Notes: generated from the letters alone by a model not told the origin. 64,000 nt of DNA from Anaerolineae bacterium (GCA_032111745.1 JAULUH010000280.1:23349-87348); one strand, 5' to 3'. Shown: positions 10,344-19,002, counted from the stretch's first letter. Numbers and translations are program-made.

Positions 10344-10372
10344 ATATTGCCATTGCCAACCGGGATTGTCAA
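10344..10372 (-). promoter_or_regulatory. sigma-70-type promoter for tex (TTGACA-17 nt-CAATAT)
   Basis: Minus strand reads ttgaca atcccggttggcaatgg caatat. It lies back-to-back with the plus-strand promoter at 10380. Confidence 0.55.
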
Positions 10373-10379
10373 GATCGAC

Positions 10380-10408
10380 TTGACAGACCATGCAGCCGGT
10401 GCTAGACT
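10380..10408 (+). promoter_or_regulatory. sigma-70-type promoter (TTGACA-17 nt-TAGACT) for the 10460 ORF and dgt
   Basis: ttgaca at 10380-10385, a 17-nt spacer, tagact at 10403-10408. Confidence 0.65.
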
Positions 10409-10459
10409 CGCCGGTGCCGGCGACCTCGGGGACAGCAGATTGCAGGCCAGGCAGAGACG

Positions 10460-10894
10460 GTGAGTTCCATGGTAGATGACTTGATCAGTGCGCACTATCC
10501 GGGCGTTTTTCCCGACCTGGTGGGAGGCTCCCTGCTCCGCCTGGCGGAGGGTGAGCGCCTTTGGAAGCTCTATTTCTTGCGTCCTGGCTGGGGCCGTGAC
10601 GAGCGAGTTGAGCATCGAATCTATACCAAAGAACAGGCCGATGGCTTGATAACCCTGGTGAGCTACAACTTCCGCATGCCGCCAGGCAGCCGGCCCGTGA
10701 AGAGTAACCTGGCTGTGGCTCGCGATATCCCTGAGGATACGCTCAACCAGGTGGTGTGGCGGGTGGTACGCCAGACCGGAATCGGGCCGGACGAGCTGGA
10801 GGTGATCGATCTCAGCGGGTTAGCCACCTTCGAGGAGCAGCTACGCTATCTGCGCCGGCTGGGCGAGTCCGAGCCCAGCGATGTGGCGAACTGA
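10460..10894 (+). CDS. hypothetical protein
   Basis: 144-aa ORF with coding-like composition and no family I recognise. Start ambiguous (GTG 10460 or ATG 10469). It ends 10 nt before the dgt start. Confidence 0.55.
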   Translation: MSSMVDDLISAHYPGVFPDLVGGSLLRLAEGERLWKLYFLRPGWGRDERVEHRIYTKEQADGLITLVSYNFRMPPGSRPVKSNLAVARDIPEDTLNQVVWRVVRQTGIGPDELEVIDLSGLATFEEQLRYLRRLGESEPSDVAN

Positions 10895-10904
10895 GGTACG
10901 AGAA

Positions 10905-12083
10905 ATGATCCTGTTACGTGAGCATCTCGAGCGCCACGAACATGCTGTGCTGGCGCCCTACGCCATGAAGAGCGGCGACAGCTGGGGTCGAGTGCATGCG
11001 GACGACGAGCATCCCTACCGCTCCTGCTACCAGAAGGATCGGGACCGCGTCGTACACACCACGGCTTTCCGGCGGCTAGAGTACAAGACCCAGGTGTTCG
11101 TCTACCACGAGGGGGATCACTATCGCAACCGGCTGACCCACACCATCGAGGTGGCCCAGATTGGCCGCACCCTGGCGCGCGCACTGCGCGCCAACGAGGA
11201 CCTGGTGGAGGCCATCTGCCTGGCCCACGACCTGGGCCACCCGCCCTTCGGCCACACCGGCGAGACTGCGCTCAACGAGCTGATGGCAGCCCACGGTGGT
11301 TTCGACCACCAGCGCCAGACCATGCGTATCGTCGAGAAGCTGGAACAGCGCTATCCGGGCTTTCCCGGGCTAAACCTGACCTACGAGGTGCGGGAGGGGC
11401 TGGTTAAGCACGACACAGACTATGACGTGACCGATGCCACTGGCTATGAGCCCGAGCTCGCCGGCACTTTGGAGTGCCAGCTAGCCAACCTGGCCGACGA
11501 GATCGCATACAATGCGGCGGACCTGGAGGATGGGCTGCGCAGCGGCGTACTTGATGCGGGCGAGGTGGGCGAACTGAGCATCTGGCGCACCATTCGCGAG
11601 TCGCTCACTGTCGATCCGGACCATCCGGTGCCACTGGAGGCGCCCGTAGATAACCTGGTACGGGCGCGGGCGGTGCGCAAGCTGATCGGGGCAGAGGTTA
11701 CCGATGCCGTGTTCCACACGGACAGGCAGATGCAGGCCAACGGCATCGAGACGGTGGCGGACGTGCGGGAGTGGGGCCAGCCTATCGCCGGATTTTCACC
11801 TGAGATGGATGCATACAACCGGGAGTTGAAGGCGTTCTTGCTGGAGAGGTTTTATCGCAACTGGCGGGTGAACCGCATGGCTGGAAAGGCCACCCGAATT
11901 CTGCGGGCGCTGTTTGGCGCGTACATGGAGGATCCCAACCAGATGCCTCCCCACTTTCAAGCGCGAATTGGCACTGAGCCCCAGGGGCTGGCGAGGGTGG
12001 TGTGCGACTACATCGCAGGGATGACGGATCGGTACGCGATCCAGGAGTATAGCAAGCTATTTGACCCCGAGACCAGGGTGTGA
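10905..12083 (+). CDS. dgt: dGTP/dNTP triphosphohydrolase-like HD-domain protein
   Basis: RNRLTHTIEVAQIGRTLARAL and CLAHDLGHPPFGHTGE (HD motif), with the C-terminal ICDYIAGMTDRYAI typical of the Dgt-like family. Confidence 0.88.
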   Translation: MILLREHLERHEHAVLAPYAMKSGDSWGRVHADDEHPYRSCYQKDRDRVVHTTAFRRLEYKTQVFVYHEGDHYRNRLTHTIEVAQIGRTLARALRANEDLVEAICLAHDLGHPPFGHTGETALNELMAAHGGFDHQRQTMRIVEKLEQRYPGFPGLNLTYEVREGLVKHDTDYDVTDATGYEPELAGTLECQLANLADEIAYNAADLEDGLRSGVLDAGEVGELSIWRTIRESLTVDPDHPVPLEAPVDNLVRARAVRKLIGAEVTDAVFHTDRQMQANGIETVADVREWGQPIAGFSPEMDAYNRELKAFLLERFYRNWRVNRMAGKATRILRALFGAYMEDPNQMPPHFQARIGTEPQGLARVVCDYIAGMTDRYAIQEYSKLFDPETRV

Positions 12084-12095
12084 CGCTGGGGCGGG

Positions 12096-12120
12096 AGCGA
12101 CTGAAGCCGCCTCTACGAGC
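12096..12120 (+). repeat. 25-nt dispersed repeat, copy A
   Basis: agcgactgaagccgcctctacgagc. Confidence 0.75.
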
Positions 12121-12144
12121 CGGGCACGCCGCGCCTGGGGATAG

Positions 12145-12169
12145 GCTCGGAGTCACGACTTCAGTCGCT
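12145..12169 (-). repeat. 25-nt dispersed repeat, copy B (inverted)
   Basis: Its reverse complement is agcgactgaagtcgtgactccgagc. With copy C it forms a roughly 25-bp hairpin with a 12-nt loop. Confidence 0.75.
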
Positions 12170-12181
12170 CTCGGCAGGCGA

Positions 12182-12206
12182 AGCGACTGAAGTCGCCACT
12201 ACGAGC
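12182..12206 (+). repeat. 25-nt dispersed repeat, copy C
   Basis: agcgactgaagtcgccactacgagc. Confidence 0.75.
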
Positions 12207-12216
12207 AGGGAAGTAG

Positions 12217-13350
12217 CTAGAGGGCCTGGCGGCTAACTCGCATGGTGACAGTGAGCTCGCGAAAAGCGCTGCGAGCAGGGCCTTCCGCTTCCAGGTATTC
12301 CAGGTCTTCGATCTCGCCCTCCAGGCGCAGGGTTTGGGCGTCCAGCACGAAGCCCTGGCCTGGACGGGCCAGGATGGCGTCGCCGCGAGGGGCTAGCTTC
12401 TCGCGCAGGCCGGGGTTACCGTAGGCGAAATCGCTCATGAGGACCTTGGTGACCGTACGGATGTCACTCTTGTCGAAGAGCCAGACCTCCACGGCGGGGA
12501 TGCGGTTAGGGTCGCCGTTGATCATCTCCGAGAAGGTCATGCCGCACTCGCCCAGGTAGCCACCGCCCGGGGCATCGATGCTAAAGGTCTCGTCGTAGCT
12601 GGCGTCGCCGGGGACGAAGCTGGCGGTGAATTCCTGCAGAACAGGACCAGATCGATAGCTGGCAGGCGCGGGGGCGGTGGCCACCGTGGGCTGGCGCGTG
12701 GCTGCCATGCTGGCGTCCACCACCGTTCGCTCGCGAACCGGCGCGGAGCTGAACTCACCTTCCTGGTAGGTCGGAAATTCCTCATAGCCCGGGTAGTCGC
12801 CGGCCTGGGGTGGGACCACAGCAGGCTTGCGCCGGGTGAGAAGCCAGAGGGCCAGGGCGATGCCTGCGCCGAGAATGCCAATGCCCAGCAGGGCTGGTAG
12901 CAAGTCCGACGTCGTACCGGTGCCGGCCGCAGGCTCTGCCGTGGGTACCGCGACCGCAGTGGCCTGCGGGGCCACTGGCGTAGCCTGGACCAGTGGCAGA
13001 CCCGCGTTCATCCCCAGGGCAGTGGCCAGGGCATAGACCTGGTTGGCCGCGGCGATATCACCGCCGTCCAGGGCGCGCTGGGCGACGCCGGCCATGAGCT
13101 CCTCTACCTCGGCCTGCGTGCCCAATAGCTGGAGCCGCTGGACCGCCAGGGCTTGATTGGGGTCCGTTTGATAGGCTTGGGCTACGGACTGCAGATAGAC
13201 CGCCTGGTCCTCCGGTCGCACCTCACTCAAGGGAACGTCTGGATAGGTGACGGGGAATAGCAACCAGCCAAAGAGGAACCAACCGACGAGCAGGCCGACG
13301 ACGAAGGCGCCGATAATCCAAATCCACCTGCTTGTGCCGTTGTCTCCCAT
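12217..13350 (-). CDS. hypothetical two-TM membrane protein
   Basis: 377 aa. TM1 is WIWIIGAFVVGLLVGWFLFGWLLF, followed by a helical segment, TM2 LLPALLGIGILGAGIALALWLL, and a roughly 190-aa C-terminal domain with no family I recognise. Confidence 0.65.
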   Translation of the reverse strand: MGDNGTSRWIWIIGAFVVGLLVGWFLFGWLLFPVTYPDVPLSEVRPEDQAVYLQSVAQAYQTDPNQALAVQRLQLLGTQAEVEELMAGVAQRALDGGDIAAANQVYALATALGMNAGLPLVQATPVAPQATAVAVPTAEPAAGTGTTSDLLPALLGIGILGAGIALALWLLTRRKPAVVPPQAGDYPGYEEFPTYQEGEFSSAPVRERTVVDASMAATRQPTVATAPAPASYRSGPVLQEFTASFVPGDASYDETFSIDAPGGGYLGECGMTFSEMINGDPNRIPAVEVWLFDKSDIRTVTKVLMSDFAYGNPGLREKLAPRGDAILARPGQGFVLDAQTLRLEGEIEDLEYLEAEGPARSAFRELTVTMRVSRQAL

Positions 13351-13382
13351 GAGCGACCTCCTTCTTCCTAGAGATAAGCGGA

Positions 13383-14369
13383 TCAGTCAGGCTCGCCCTT
13401 GCCCTTTAGCCGGCCGCGCGGGTGAGCCTGGCGCATGACCTCGTGCAGGCGGGTCTGGCTGACGTGGGTGTAGCGCTGAGTCGTGGATGGGCTGGCGTGG
13501 CCCAACATCTCCTGGATGAGACGGATGTCCACGCCCTCGTCGACCAGGTGGGTGGCGAAGGAGTGGCGCATAGTATGGGGGGTGACTTTGCGGTCGATGC
13601 CCGCGGCCTTGGCGCAGCGGCTGAGCATACGGATGATGCTGACCCGGCCTAGCCGGCGGCCAAAGCGGTTGAGAAACAGGGCGTCGCCGGAGTGCTCGTT
13701 AGCCAGGCTTGGCCGGCCGCGGGCCAGGTAGTGGCGTAGTGCCTCCTCGGCCGGGTTCCCGAACAGGGCCAGGCGCTCCTTATTGCCCTTGCCCAGCACC
13801 AGGGCCTCCCGGCGGGCCAGGTTGACGTCGCGCAGGGAGAGGTGCTCCAGTTCACCCAGGCGGATGCCGCTGGCATAGAGGAGCTCCAGGATGGCCCTAT
13901 CCCGAAGCCCCTGGGGGGTATCCTGATCGGGAACCCTCAAGATGGCCAGGACCTCGTCATAGCTCAGCACCCGGGGCTGGCGCATGGTCTGGCGAGGGGA
14001 CGCCATGCGGCCCAGCGGGTTATGGGGCAGCAGTCCTTCCCGCACCAGGAAAGTGCAGCAGGCCCGCACCTCGGAGAGCCGGCGCGCGATGCTGGCGGCC
14101 ACGTAACCGCCGCTGCGCAGCTCAGCCAGCCACTGGCGGACCAGCTGTTTGTCCACCTGGTCCCAGCGGGAGACACCATGGGCCTCGGCGAACGCAATGA
14201 AATCTGCGATCTCGTGCCAGTAGTTGCGCACAGTATAAGGGGAGGCGTTGCGCTCGGCGGTCAGATAGGTGGCGTAGCGCTCGAGGTCGTCGCGCATGGG
14301 CGTGTTGGGGAGTGCGGCCAGCGGGGCTGTCCCGGCAGCCTGGGAGCGGCGTCCGGCGGCGGGGCTCAT
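13383..14369 (-). CDS. xerC: tyrosine recombinase XerC/XerD family
   Basis: Catalytic motifs ...ELLYASGIRLGEL..., HTMRHSFATHL and LGHASPSTTQRYTHV. The start is placed at the ATG that overlaps the topA stop (ATGA at 14366-14369). Confidence 0.85.
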   Translation of the reverse strand: MSPAAGRRSQAAGTAPLAALPNTPMRDDLERYATYLTAERNASPYTVRNYWHEIADFIAFAEAHGVSRWDQVDKQLVRQWLAELRSGGYVAASIARRLSEVRACCTFLVREGLLPHNPLGRMASPRQTMRQPRVLSYDEVLAILRVPDQDTPQGLRDRAILELLYASGIRLGELEHLSLRDVNLARREALVLGKGNKERLALFGNPAEEALRHYLARGRPSLANEHSGDALFLNRFGRRLGRVSIIRMLSRCAKAAGIDRKVTPHTMRHSFATHLVDEGVDIRLIQEMLGHASPSTTQRYTHVSQTRLHEVMRQAHPRGRLKGKGEPD

Positions 14370-17071
14370 GAGACTACCTGGGCCTCGAGCTTTTTTAGAT
14401 CGAACCAGTGGCTGCAGTTGGTGCAGCGGGCCTTGTCCTTGCCGGCCTGGGTCAGCAGGCTGCCGCAATCAGGGCAGGGCACGGCGATGGGCCTTTGCCA
14501 GACGCTGAAGTCGCAGTCGGGATAACGCTCGCAACCGTAGAAGGTGCGGCCGCGGCGGCTGCGGCGCTCCACCAGCTCGCCCTGGCGGCACTGGGGACAG
14601 GTGACACCGGTCTTGACCAGCAGGGGTCGCGTGTAGCGGCACTCGGGATAGTTGGAGCAGCCGATGAACTTGCCGTAGCGGCCAAGGCGCATCACCAGGT
14701 CGTGGCCGCATTCGGGGCAGGCTTCGCCAATGGGCTGATCCTGGACGTCGGCCCGCTCCATGGTGCGCTCGGCCTCGGCCAGCATGCCAGAGAAGGGCTC
14801 GTAGAACTCGCGCAGCACGTCGACCCAGTCGCGCTCGCTGGCGGCCACGCTGTCCAGGGCCTCTTCCATGCGCGCGGTGAAGCCGACCTCAAAGACTGCC
14901 GGGAAGTGCTTTACCAGCTGGTCGTTGACCACGAAGCCCAGTTCGGCCGGGTAAAGGCGCTTGTCCCGTTGGGCGACGTAGCCCCGGTCCTGGATTGTGC
15001 TCAGGATCGGCGCGTAGGTGCTTGGCCGGCCAATGCCGTTTTCCTCCAGTGCCTTGACCAGGGAGGCCTCGGTATAGCGGGGAGGGGGCTGGGTGAAGTG
15101 CTGCTCGGGGAGCAGCTTGAGCAGGTCGAGCAGCTCACCCTCGCTCAGGGCGGGCAGCCAGCCGTTGTCCTCCTCGGCATCGCCTTCGCCATTGCCGTCA
15201 CTGGCCGGCTTGCCGTTGTCATCCCGGCCCTCCTCGTAGACCGAGAGGAAGCCAGGGAAGCGCACGCGTGAGCCGCTAGCTCGGAAGAGATATTCTGGCG
15301 TCTCCAGCCTGGCGGCCACTTCAACCGCGTCTACAGGGGTGAGGGTGGGCACCTCCCGCCGGGGCAGGGCAGCGATGTCCACGGCGATGGTGTCGTAGAT
15401 CGCCGGAGCCATCTGGCTGGCCACGAAGCGCTTCCAGATCAACTCATAGAGCCGCTTCTGATCCCGGCTGAGATAGCTGCTAACCTCTTCAGGAGTCCGC
15501 AAGATGGAGGTGGGGCGGATGGCCTCGTGGGCCTCTTGAGCACCTTTGGCCCGGGTCTTGTAAACCGGCGGCGACGGCGGGAGGTATTCGGGGCCGTACC
15601 GCTCGCCGATGAAGGAGCGCGCCTCAGCCTGAGCCTGAGCCGAGACACTGACGCTGTCGGTGCGCATATAGGTGATCAAGCCCACCTGTTCACCTTCACC
15701 AAGGGCCACGCCCTCGTAGAGCTGTTGGGCCAGGCGCATGGTATGGCGGGCGCCGAAGCCTAGCTTGCGGGAGGCCTCCTGCTGTAGGGTGCTGGTGGTG
15801 AAGGGGGCCGCGGGCCGGCGGCGGCGCTCGCCCTCGCGTACCGAGGTCACCAGGTAGTGGGCGCGCTCCAGGTCGTCCACCACAGCCTGGGAATCCTCTG
15901 CGTTCTTGAGATCCACCTCCTGGCCGCGCAGGCGATGCAGCCTGGCCAGGAAGTCGGGCCGGGGCCGCTGTTCACGCGTGGTCTGCTGGGCCAGCTGGGC
16001 GTGGATCGACCAGTACTCCACCGGGATGAAGGCCTCGATCTCCCGCTCGCGCTCGACCACTAGTCGCAGGGCTACTGACTGCACCCGGCCGGCCGAGGTG
16101 CGCCCGCGCACACGATCCCACAGCAAGGGGCTGACCTTGTAGCCCACCAGGCGGTCGAGAATGCGCCGCGCCTGTTGAGCGTTCACCAGGTCCATGTTGA
16201 GATGGCGGGGGTGGGAGAAGGCCTCGCTGACCGCGTCCTTGGTGATCTCGTGAAACACCACCCGTTTGCCCTGGTCAGGCGTGATCCCGGTGGCCTCTAC
16301 CAGGTGCCAGGCGATAGCTTCGCCCTCACGGTCGGGGTCGGTGGCCAGATAGACCTCGCGAGCTCGGCTGACCTCCTCCTGGAGCTCCTTCACCGTCCGG
16401 CGCTTGTCGTTGGGCACGCGATAGGTGGGCTCGAAATCGTTCTCCACATCCACCGAGAGCTGGGAGCGCAGCAGGTCACGTACATGGCCCACTGAGGCCC
16501 GAACCGTGTAGTCTTTGCCGAGGAAGCGACCAACGGTCTTAGCCTTGGCCGGCGATTCGACAATGACCAGCTTGCCGTTGCGCTGGACGTGGGGGGCGCC
16601 CTTGCCGGAGCTTTTTGCGCCGCGGGCCTGGCGCGACTGGCGGCTAACCACAGGTGCTGGCAGATCCTGGTGGTCGGTGGTGGCTCCGATCTTGAACAGG
16701 CCGGTGCCACAGACCGGGCATTGGCCGCGCGCGGCGGGCCGGCCATTGGCCATGAAGATGGCCTGGCCCGCGGCCATGGTGCGCATGGTCTTGCACTTGA
16801 CGCAATAGGCCTCGACGTCGCTCGTCAAGGGGGCCGAGATGTCCTCGGGCGCCGGCCCGGCTGGTGCCGCGAGCTCCCGGCGCGGGCGCGGGGCAGCCGT
16901 GATCTCCGGCTTGGGCAAGTGAGTGTGGGCAGGCGTGTCGCCGAGCCGGGTCATCTTGGTGCCACAGATGGGGCACGCGCCCTGGGTGGCCGCGCGGCCG
17001 TTGGCAAGCCACACAGCCTGGGGGTCTGCTATATCTCGCTTGTCACGACACTTTGTACAGTAAGCTTGCAT
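14366..17071 (-). CDS. topA: DNA topoisomerase I with an N-terminal extension carrying two zinc-ribbon modules
   Basis: Toprim KLVIVESPAKAKTVGRFLG starts near residue 167. The core is typical of type IA enzymes. C-terminal zinc ribbons read CPECGHDLVMRLGRYGKFIGCSNYPEC and CPQCRQGELVERRSRRGRTFYGCERYPDC. The N-terminus carries two YC.KC...ANGR...G.CP.CGT repeats. Confidence 0.93.
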   Translation of the reverse strand: MQAYCTKCRDKRDIADPQAVWLANGRAATQGACPICGTKMTRLGDTPAHTHLPKPEITAAPRPRRELAAPAGPAPEDISAPLTSDVEAYCVKCKTMRTMAAGQAIFMANGRPAARGQCPVCGTGLFKIGATTDHQDLPAPVVSRQSRQARGAKSSGKGAPHVQRNGKLVIVESPAKAKTVGRFLGKDYTVRASVGHVRDLLRSQLSVDVENDFEPTYRVPNDKRRTVKELQEEVSRAREVYLATDPDREGEAIAWHLVEATGITPDQGKRVVFHEITKDAVSEAFSHPRHLNMDLVNAQQARRILDRLVGYKVSPLLWDRVRGRTSAGRVQSVALRLVVEREREIEAFIPVEYWSIHAQLAQQTTREQRPRPDFLARLHRLRGQEVDLKNAEDSQAVVDDLERAHYLVTSVREGERRRRPAAPFTTSTLQQEASRKLGFGARHTMRLAQQLYEGVALGEGEQVGLITYMRTDSVSVSAQAQAEARSFIGERYGPEYLPPSPPVYKTRAKGAQEAHEAIRPTSILRTPEEVSSYLSRDQKRLYELIWKRFVASQMAPAIYDTIAVDIAALPRREVPTLTPVDAVEVAARLETPEYLFRASGSRVRFPGFLSVYEEGRDDNGKPASDGNGEGDAEEDNGWLPALSEGELLDLLKLLPEQHFTQPPPRYTEASLVKALEENGIGRPSTYAPILSTIQDRGYVAQRDKRLYPAELGFVVNDQLVKHFPAVFEVGFTARMEEALDSVAASERDWVDVLREFYEPFSGMLAEAERTMERADVQDQPIGEACPECGHDLVMRLGRYGKFIGCSNYPECRYTRPLLVKTGVTCPQCRQGELVERRSRRGRTFYGCERYPDCDFSVWQRPIAVPCPDCGSLLTQAGKDKARCTNCSHWFDLKKLEAQVVS

Positions 17072-17121
17072 AAAAGATCAACCGTAAGTCAGTGTAGATA
17101 CGACGCTGGCAGGGACCTGGC

Positions 17122-18207
17122 CTAGTGAGCCAGGACGTAGCTCATGGCCCCGGCCTGGCGGGCCAGCCCCTTGAGCTCCAACAGGGTCAGGGTGCTGGCT
17201 ACGGTGGCTGCGGACAGGTCTGCGGCTCGGCCCAGTTCGTCCACATGCAGGGGCTCGTAGCTCAGCAGATCCAACAAAGAGCTTTCCAGGGCCGTCGTAG
17301 GCACTGCGGCCCGGATCTCAGCCTGTTGGGCCACCTGGAGCAGGTTGAGCTCCTCCAGCACATCGCCGACGGCCAGCACAGGAATGGCGCCGTCGCGGAT
17401 CAGGCGATTGGTGCCCTCGCAACTGCGCTGAAAGATGCTACCAGGCACGGCAAAGACGTCGCGGCCCTGTTCCAGGGCAAACTCGGCGGTGATCAGGGCA
17501 CCGCTGCGCACGCCCGCCTCCACCACGACCACGCCCTGCGCCAGCCCGCTGATGACGCGGTTACGGGGCGGGAAGTTGTTGCGCTCGGGTTGGGTGCCGA
17601 GGGCGTATTCCGAGACTAGCGCGCCACGTTCCACAATAGCCTTGGCCAGGTGCCGGTTGGTCGCCGGGTAAATCACGTCTACGCCAGAACCCAGCACGGC
17701 GATAGTCCGGCCACCACCTTCGAGGGCTGCCTGGTGGGCGACTGTGTCGATGCCCAGGGCCAGCCCACTGATCACGGTAACGCCGTTGGCAGCCAGGTCG
17801 CCAGCCAAGCGGCGGGCAGCTTCTTTGCCATAGACGCTGGCGCTGCGCGTGCCCACCAGGGCTACAGCCCAATCGTCCTCCGGCAGCAGCTCACCCAGGA
17901 CGTACAGCACGGGTGGCGCGTCCGGGATGTGGCGCAGACGGGCTGGGTAATCCGGGGACTCCCAGGTCAACACCTGCACGCCAGCCCGGCGGATCCGGGC
18001 CAGCTCGTGGTCCAGATCCAGGCTGCGCCGGGCGGCCAAAAGGTTCTCCGTGGTACGGCGGTCAAGCCCGGCCCTATGCAGCTCGGCAGCCGGGGTTACC
18101 CACGCCTTCTCGATGTCGCCGAAACAGTCGAGCAGGGCCCGCAGGCGGACCGGCCCAATGCCCAACACCTTGTTGAAGCCAACCCAATATGCCAGCCTTT
18201 CCATCAC
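17122..18207 (-). CDS. dprA: DNA-processing protein DprA (Smf)
   Basis: ISGLALGIDTVAHQAALEGGGRTIAVLGSGVDVIYPATNRHLA...NNFPPRNRVISGL, the DprA Rossmann-like core. Confidence 0.9.
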   Translation of the reverse strand: MMERLAYWVGFNKVLGIGPVRLRALLDCFGDIEKAWVTPAAELHRAGLDRRTTENLLAARRSLDLDHELARIRRAGVQVLTWESPDYPARLRHIPDAPPVLYVLGELLPEDDWAVALVGTRSASVYGKEAARRLAGDLAANGVTVISGLALGIDTVAHQAALEGGGRTIAVLGSGVDVIYPATNRHLAKAIVERGALVSEYALGTQPERNNFPPRNRVISGLAQGVVVVEAGVRSGALITAEFALEQGRDVFAVPGSIFQRSCEGTNRLIRDGAIPVLAVGDVLEELNLLQVAQQAEIRAAVPTTALESSLLDLLSYEPLHVDELGRAADLSAATVASTLTLLELKGLARQAGAMSYVLAH

Positions 18208-18272
18208 GGCACCTCACATGTGTTCCCCAAACCGCCGATGGAGCCGGGCGCCAACTGGACCTGCCTGGCGCC

Positions 18273-18301
18273 AGCATACCGTATTCGTCGTGTTTTGTCA
18301 A
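18273..18301 (-). promoter_or_regulatory. sigma-70-type promoter for dprA-topA-xerC (TTGACA-17 nt-TATGCT)
   Basis: Minus strand reads ttgaca aaacacgacgaatacgg tatgct, about 65 nt upstream of the dprA ATG. Confidence 0.65.
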
Positions 18302-18327
18302 GTGACATGAAAACGTCGGGGCTATGC

Positions 18328-18873
18328 TCAGTCCAGTAACCCAGGCAGGGGCCGAATAACGATCCGGCGGGCCGGCAAGTCCTCCTCCACCACGACGTCG
18401 TCGATATAGGGCACCAGGATCTCTCCCCCGGGGTGACGCACTACGAGGACATCATTGGCGCCGGTGATCAGAACCTCGGTGATCTCCCCCAGGTCGCGGC
18501 CATCGGTGCTGACGACCCGGACGCCAATCATCTCGAACACATAGTGTTCGTCCTCAGGCAGTGGCATCAGCTGGTCCTGGGGAATCTGGACCCATAGGCC
18601 CCGTAAGGCTTCGGTAGCTTCCGGATTGTCGTAGCCCTCCAGCTTGAGCAGGGCCTGGCCCTGAAGCAGGCGGCTCGACAGCACCGGCGCTGGCTGGGCC
18701 TCGGGTCCCAGGAAGACCAGGGTCAAGTGGAGGAAGCGTTCGGGGAAGTCGGTATGCAACGCGACCTTAACCTCGCCGCGCACGCCCCACGGCCGTAGGA
18801 TCTGGCCGATGGCGATGTAGCCCTCGGCAATATCCGGTGAGCTCCCGGTCAGGCTCTGCATGGCTTTTGTCAT
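18328..18873 (-). CDS. rimM: 16S rRNA processing protein RimM
   Basis: YIAIGQILRPWGVRGEVKVALHTDFPERF plus a C-terminal PRC-barrel-like part. The start is uncertain: the ORF extends to 18972, and in-frame ATGs lie at 18873 and 18861. Confidence 0.8.
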   Translation of the reverse strand: MTKAMQSLTGSSPDIAEGYIAIGQILRPWGVRGEVKVALHTDFPERFLHLTLVFLGPEAQPAPVLSSRLLQGQALLKLEGYDNPEATEALRGLWVQIPQDQLMPLPEDEHYVFEMIGVRVVSTDGRDLGEITEVLITGANDVLVVRHPGGEILVPYIDDVVVEEDLPARRIVIRPLPGLLD

Positions 18874-19002
18874 CGGCGGTAAATGGTCCCCCAGGCCGCA
18901 GTGGCGGCATTGGCGGGAGGCCGTCTGTGCGGCGCTCCCGTTGCCCGCCGGCGTGTCCGGTTCAGAGCTCACGGCGATGCGGTGCCCTGACCCCTGCTAT
19001 CC

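Larger units (their letters stand above)
12145..12206. terminator. long hairpin between convergent dgt and the 12217 gene; likely bidirectional terminator
   Basis: Copies B and C pair over 25 nt with 3 mismatches. The hairpin sits between the dgt stop (12083) and the stop of the minus-strand gene (12217). Confidence 0.5.

Noticed and set aside
12096-12206. The clustered 25-nt repeats as a degenerate or minimal CRISPR array.
   Set aside because: There are only three local copies, in mixed orientation, with unequal spacers of 24 and 12 nt. No cas genes are in the window. The behaviour fits REP-type hairpin elements.
13383-14369. Tyrosine recombinase as a possible marker of an integrated mobile element or prophage boundary.
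   Set aside because: It sits in the conserved dprA-topA-xerC arrangement with an ATGA overlap to topA. It has XerC/D-type motifs and is flanked by housekeeping genes. I saw no att-like direct repeats or phage genes.
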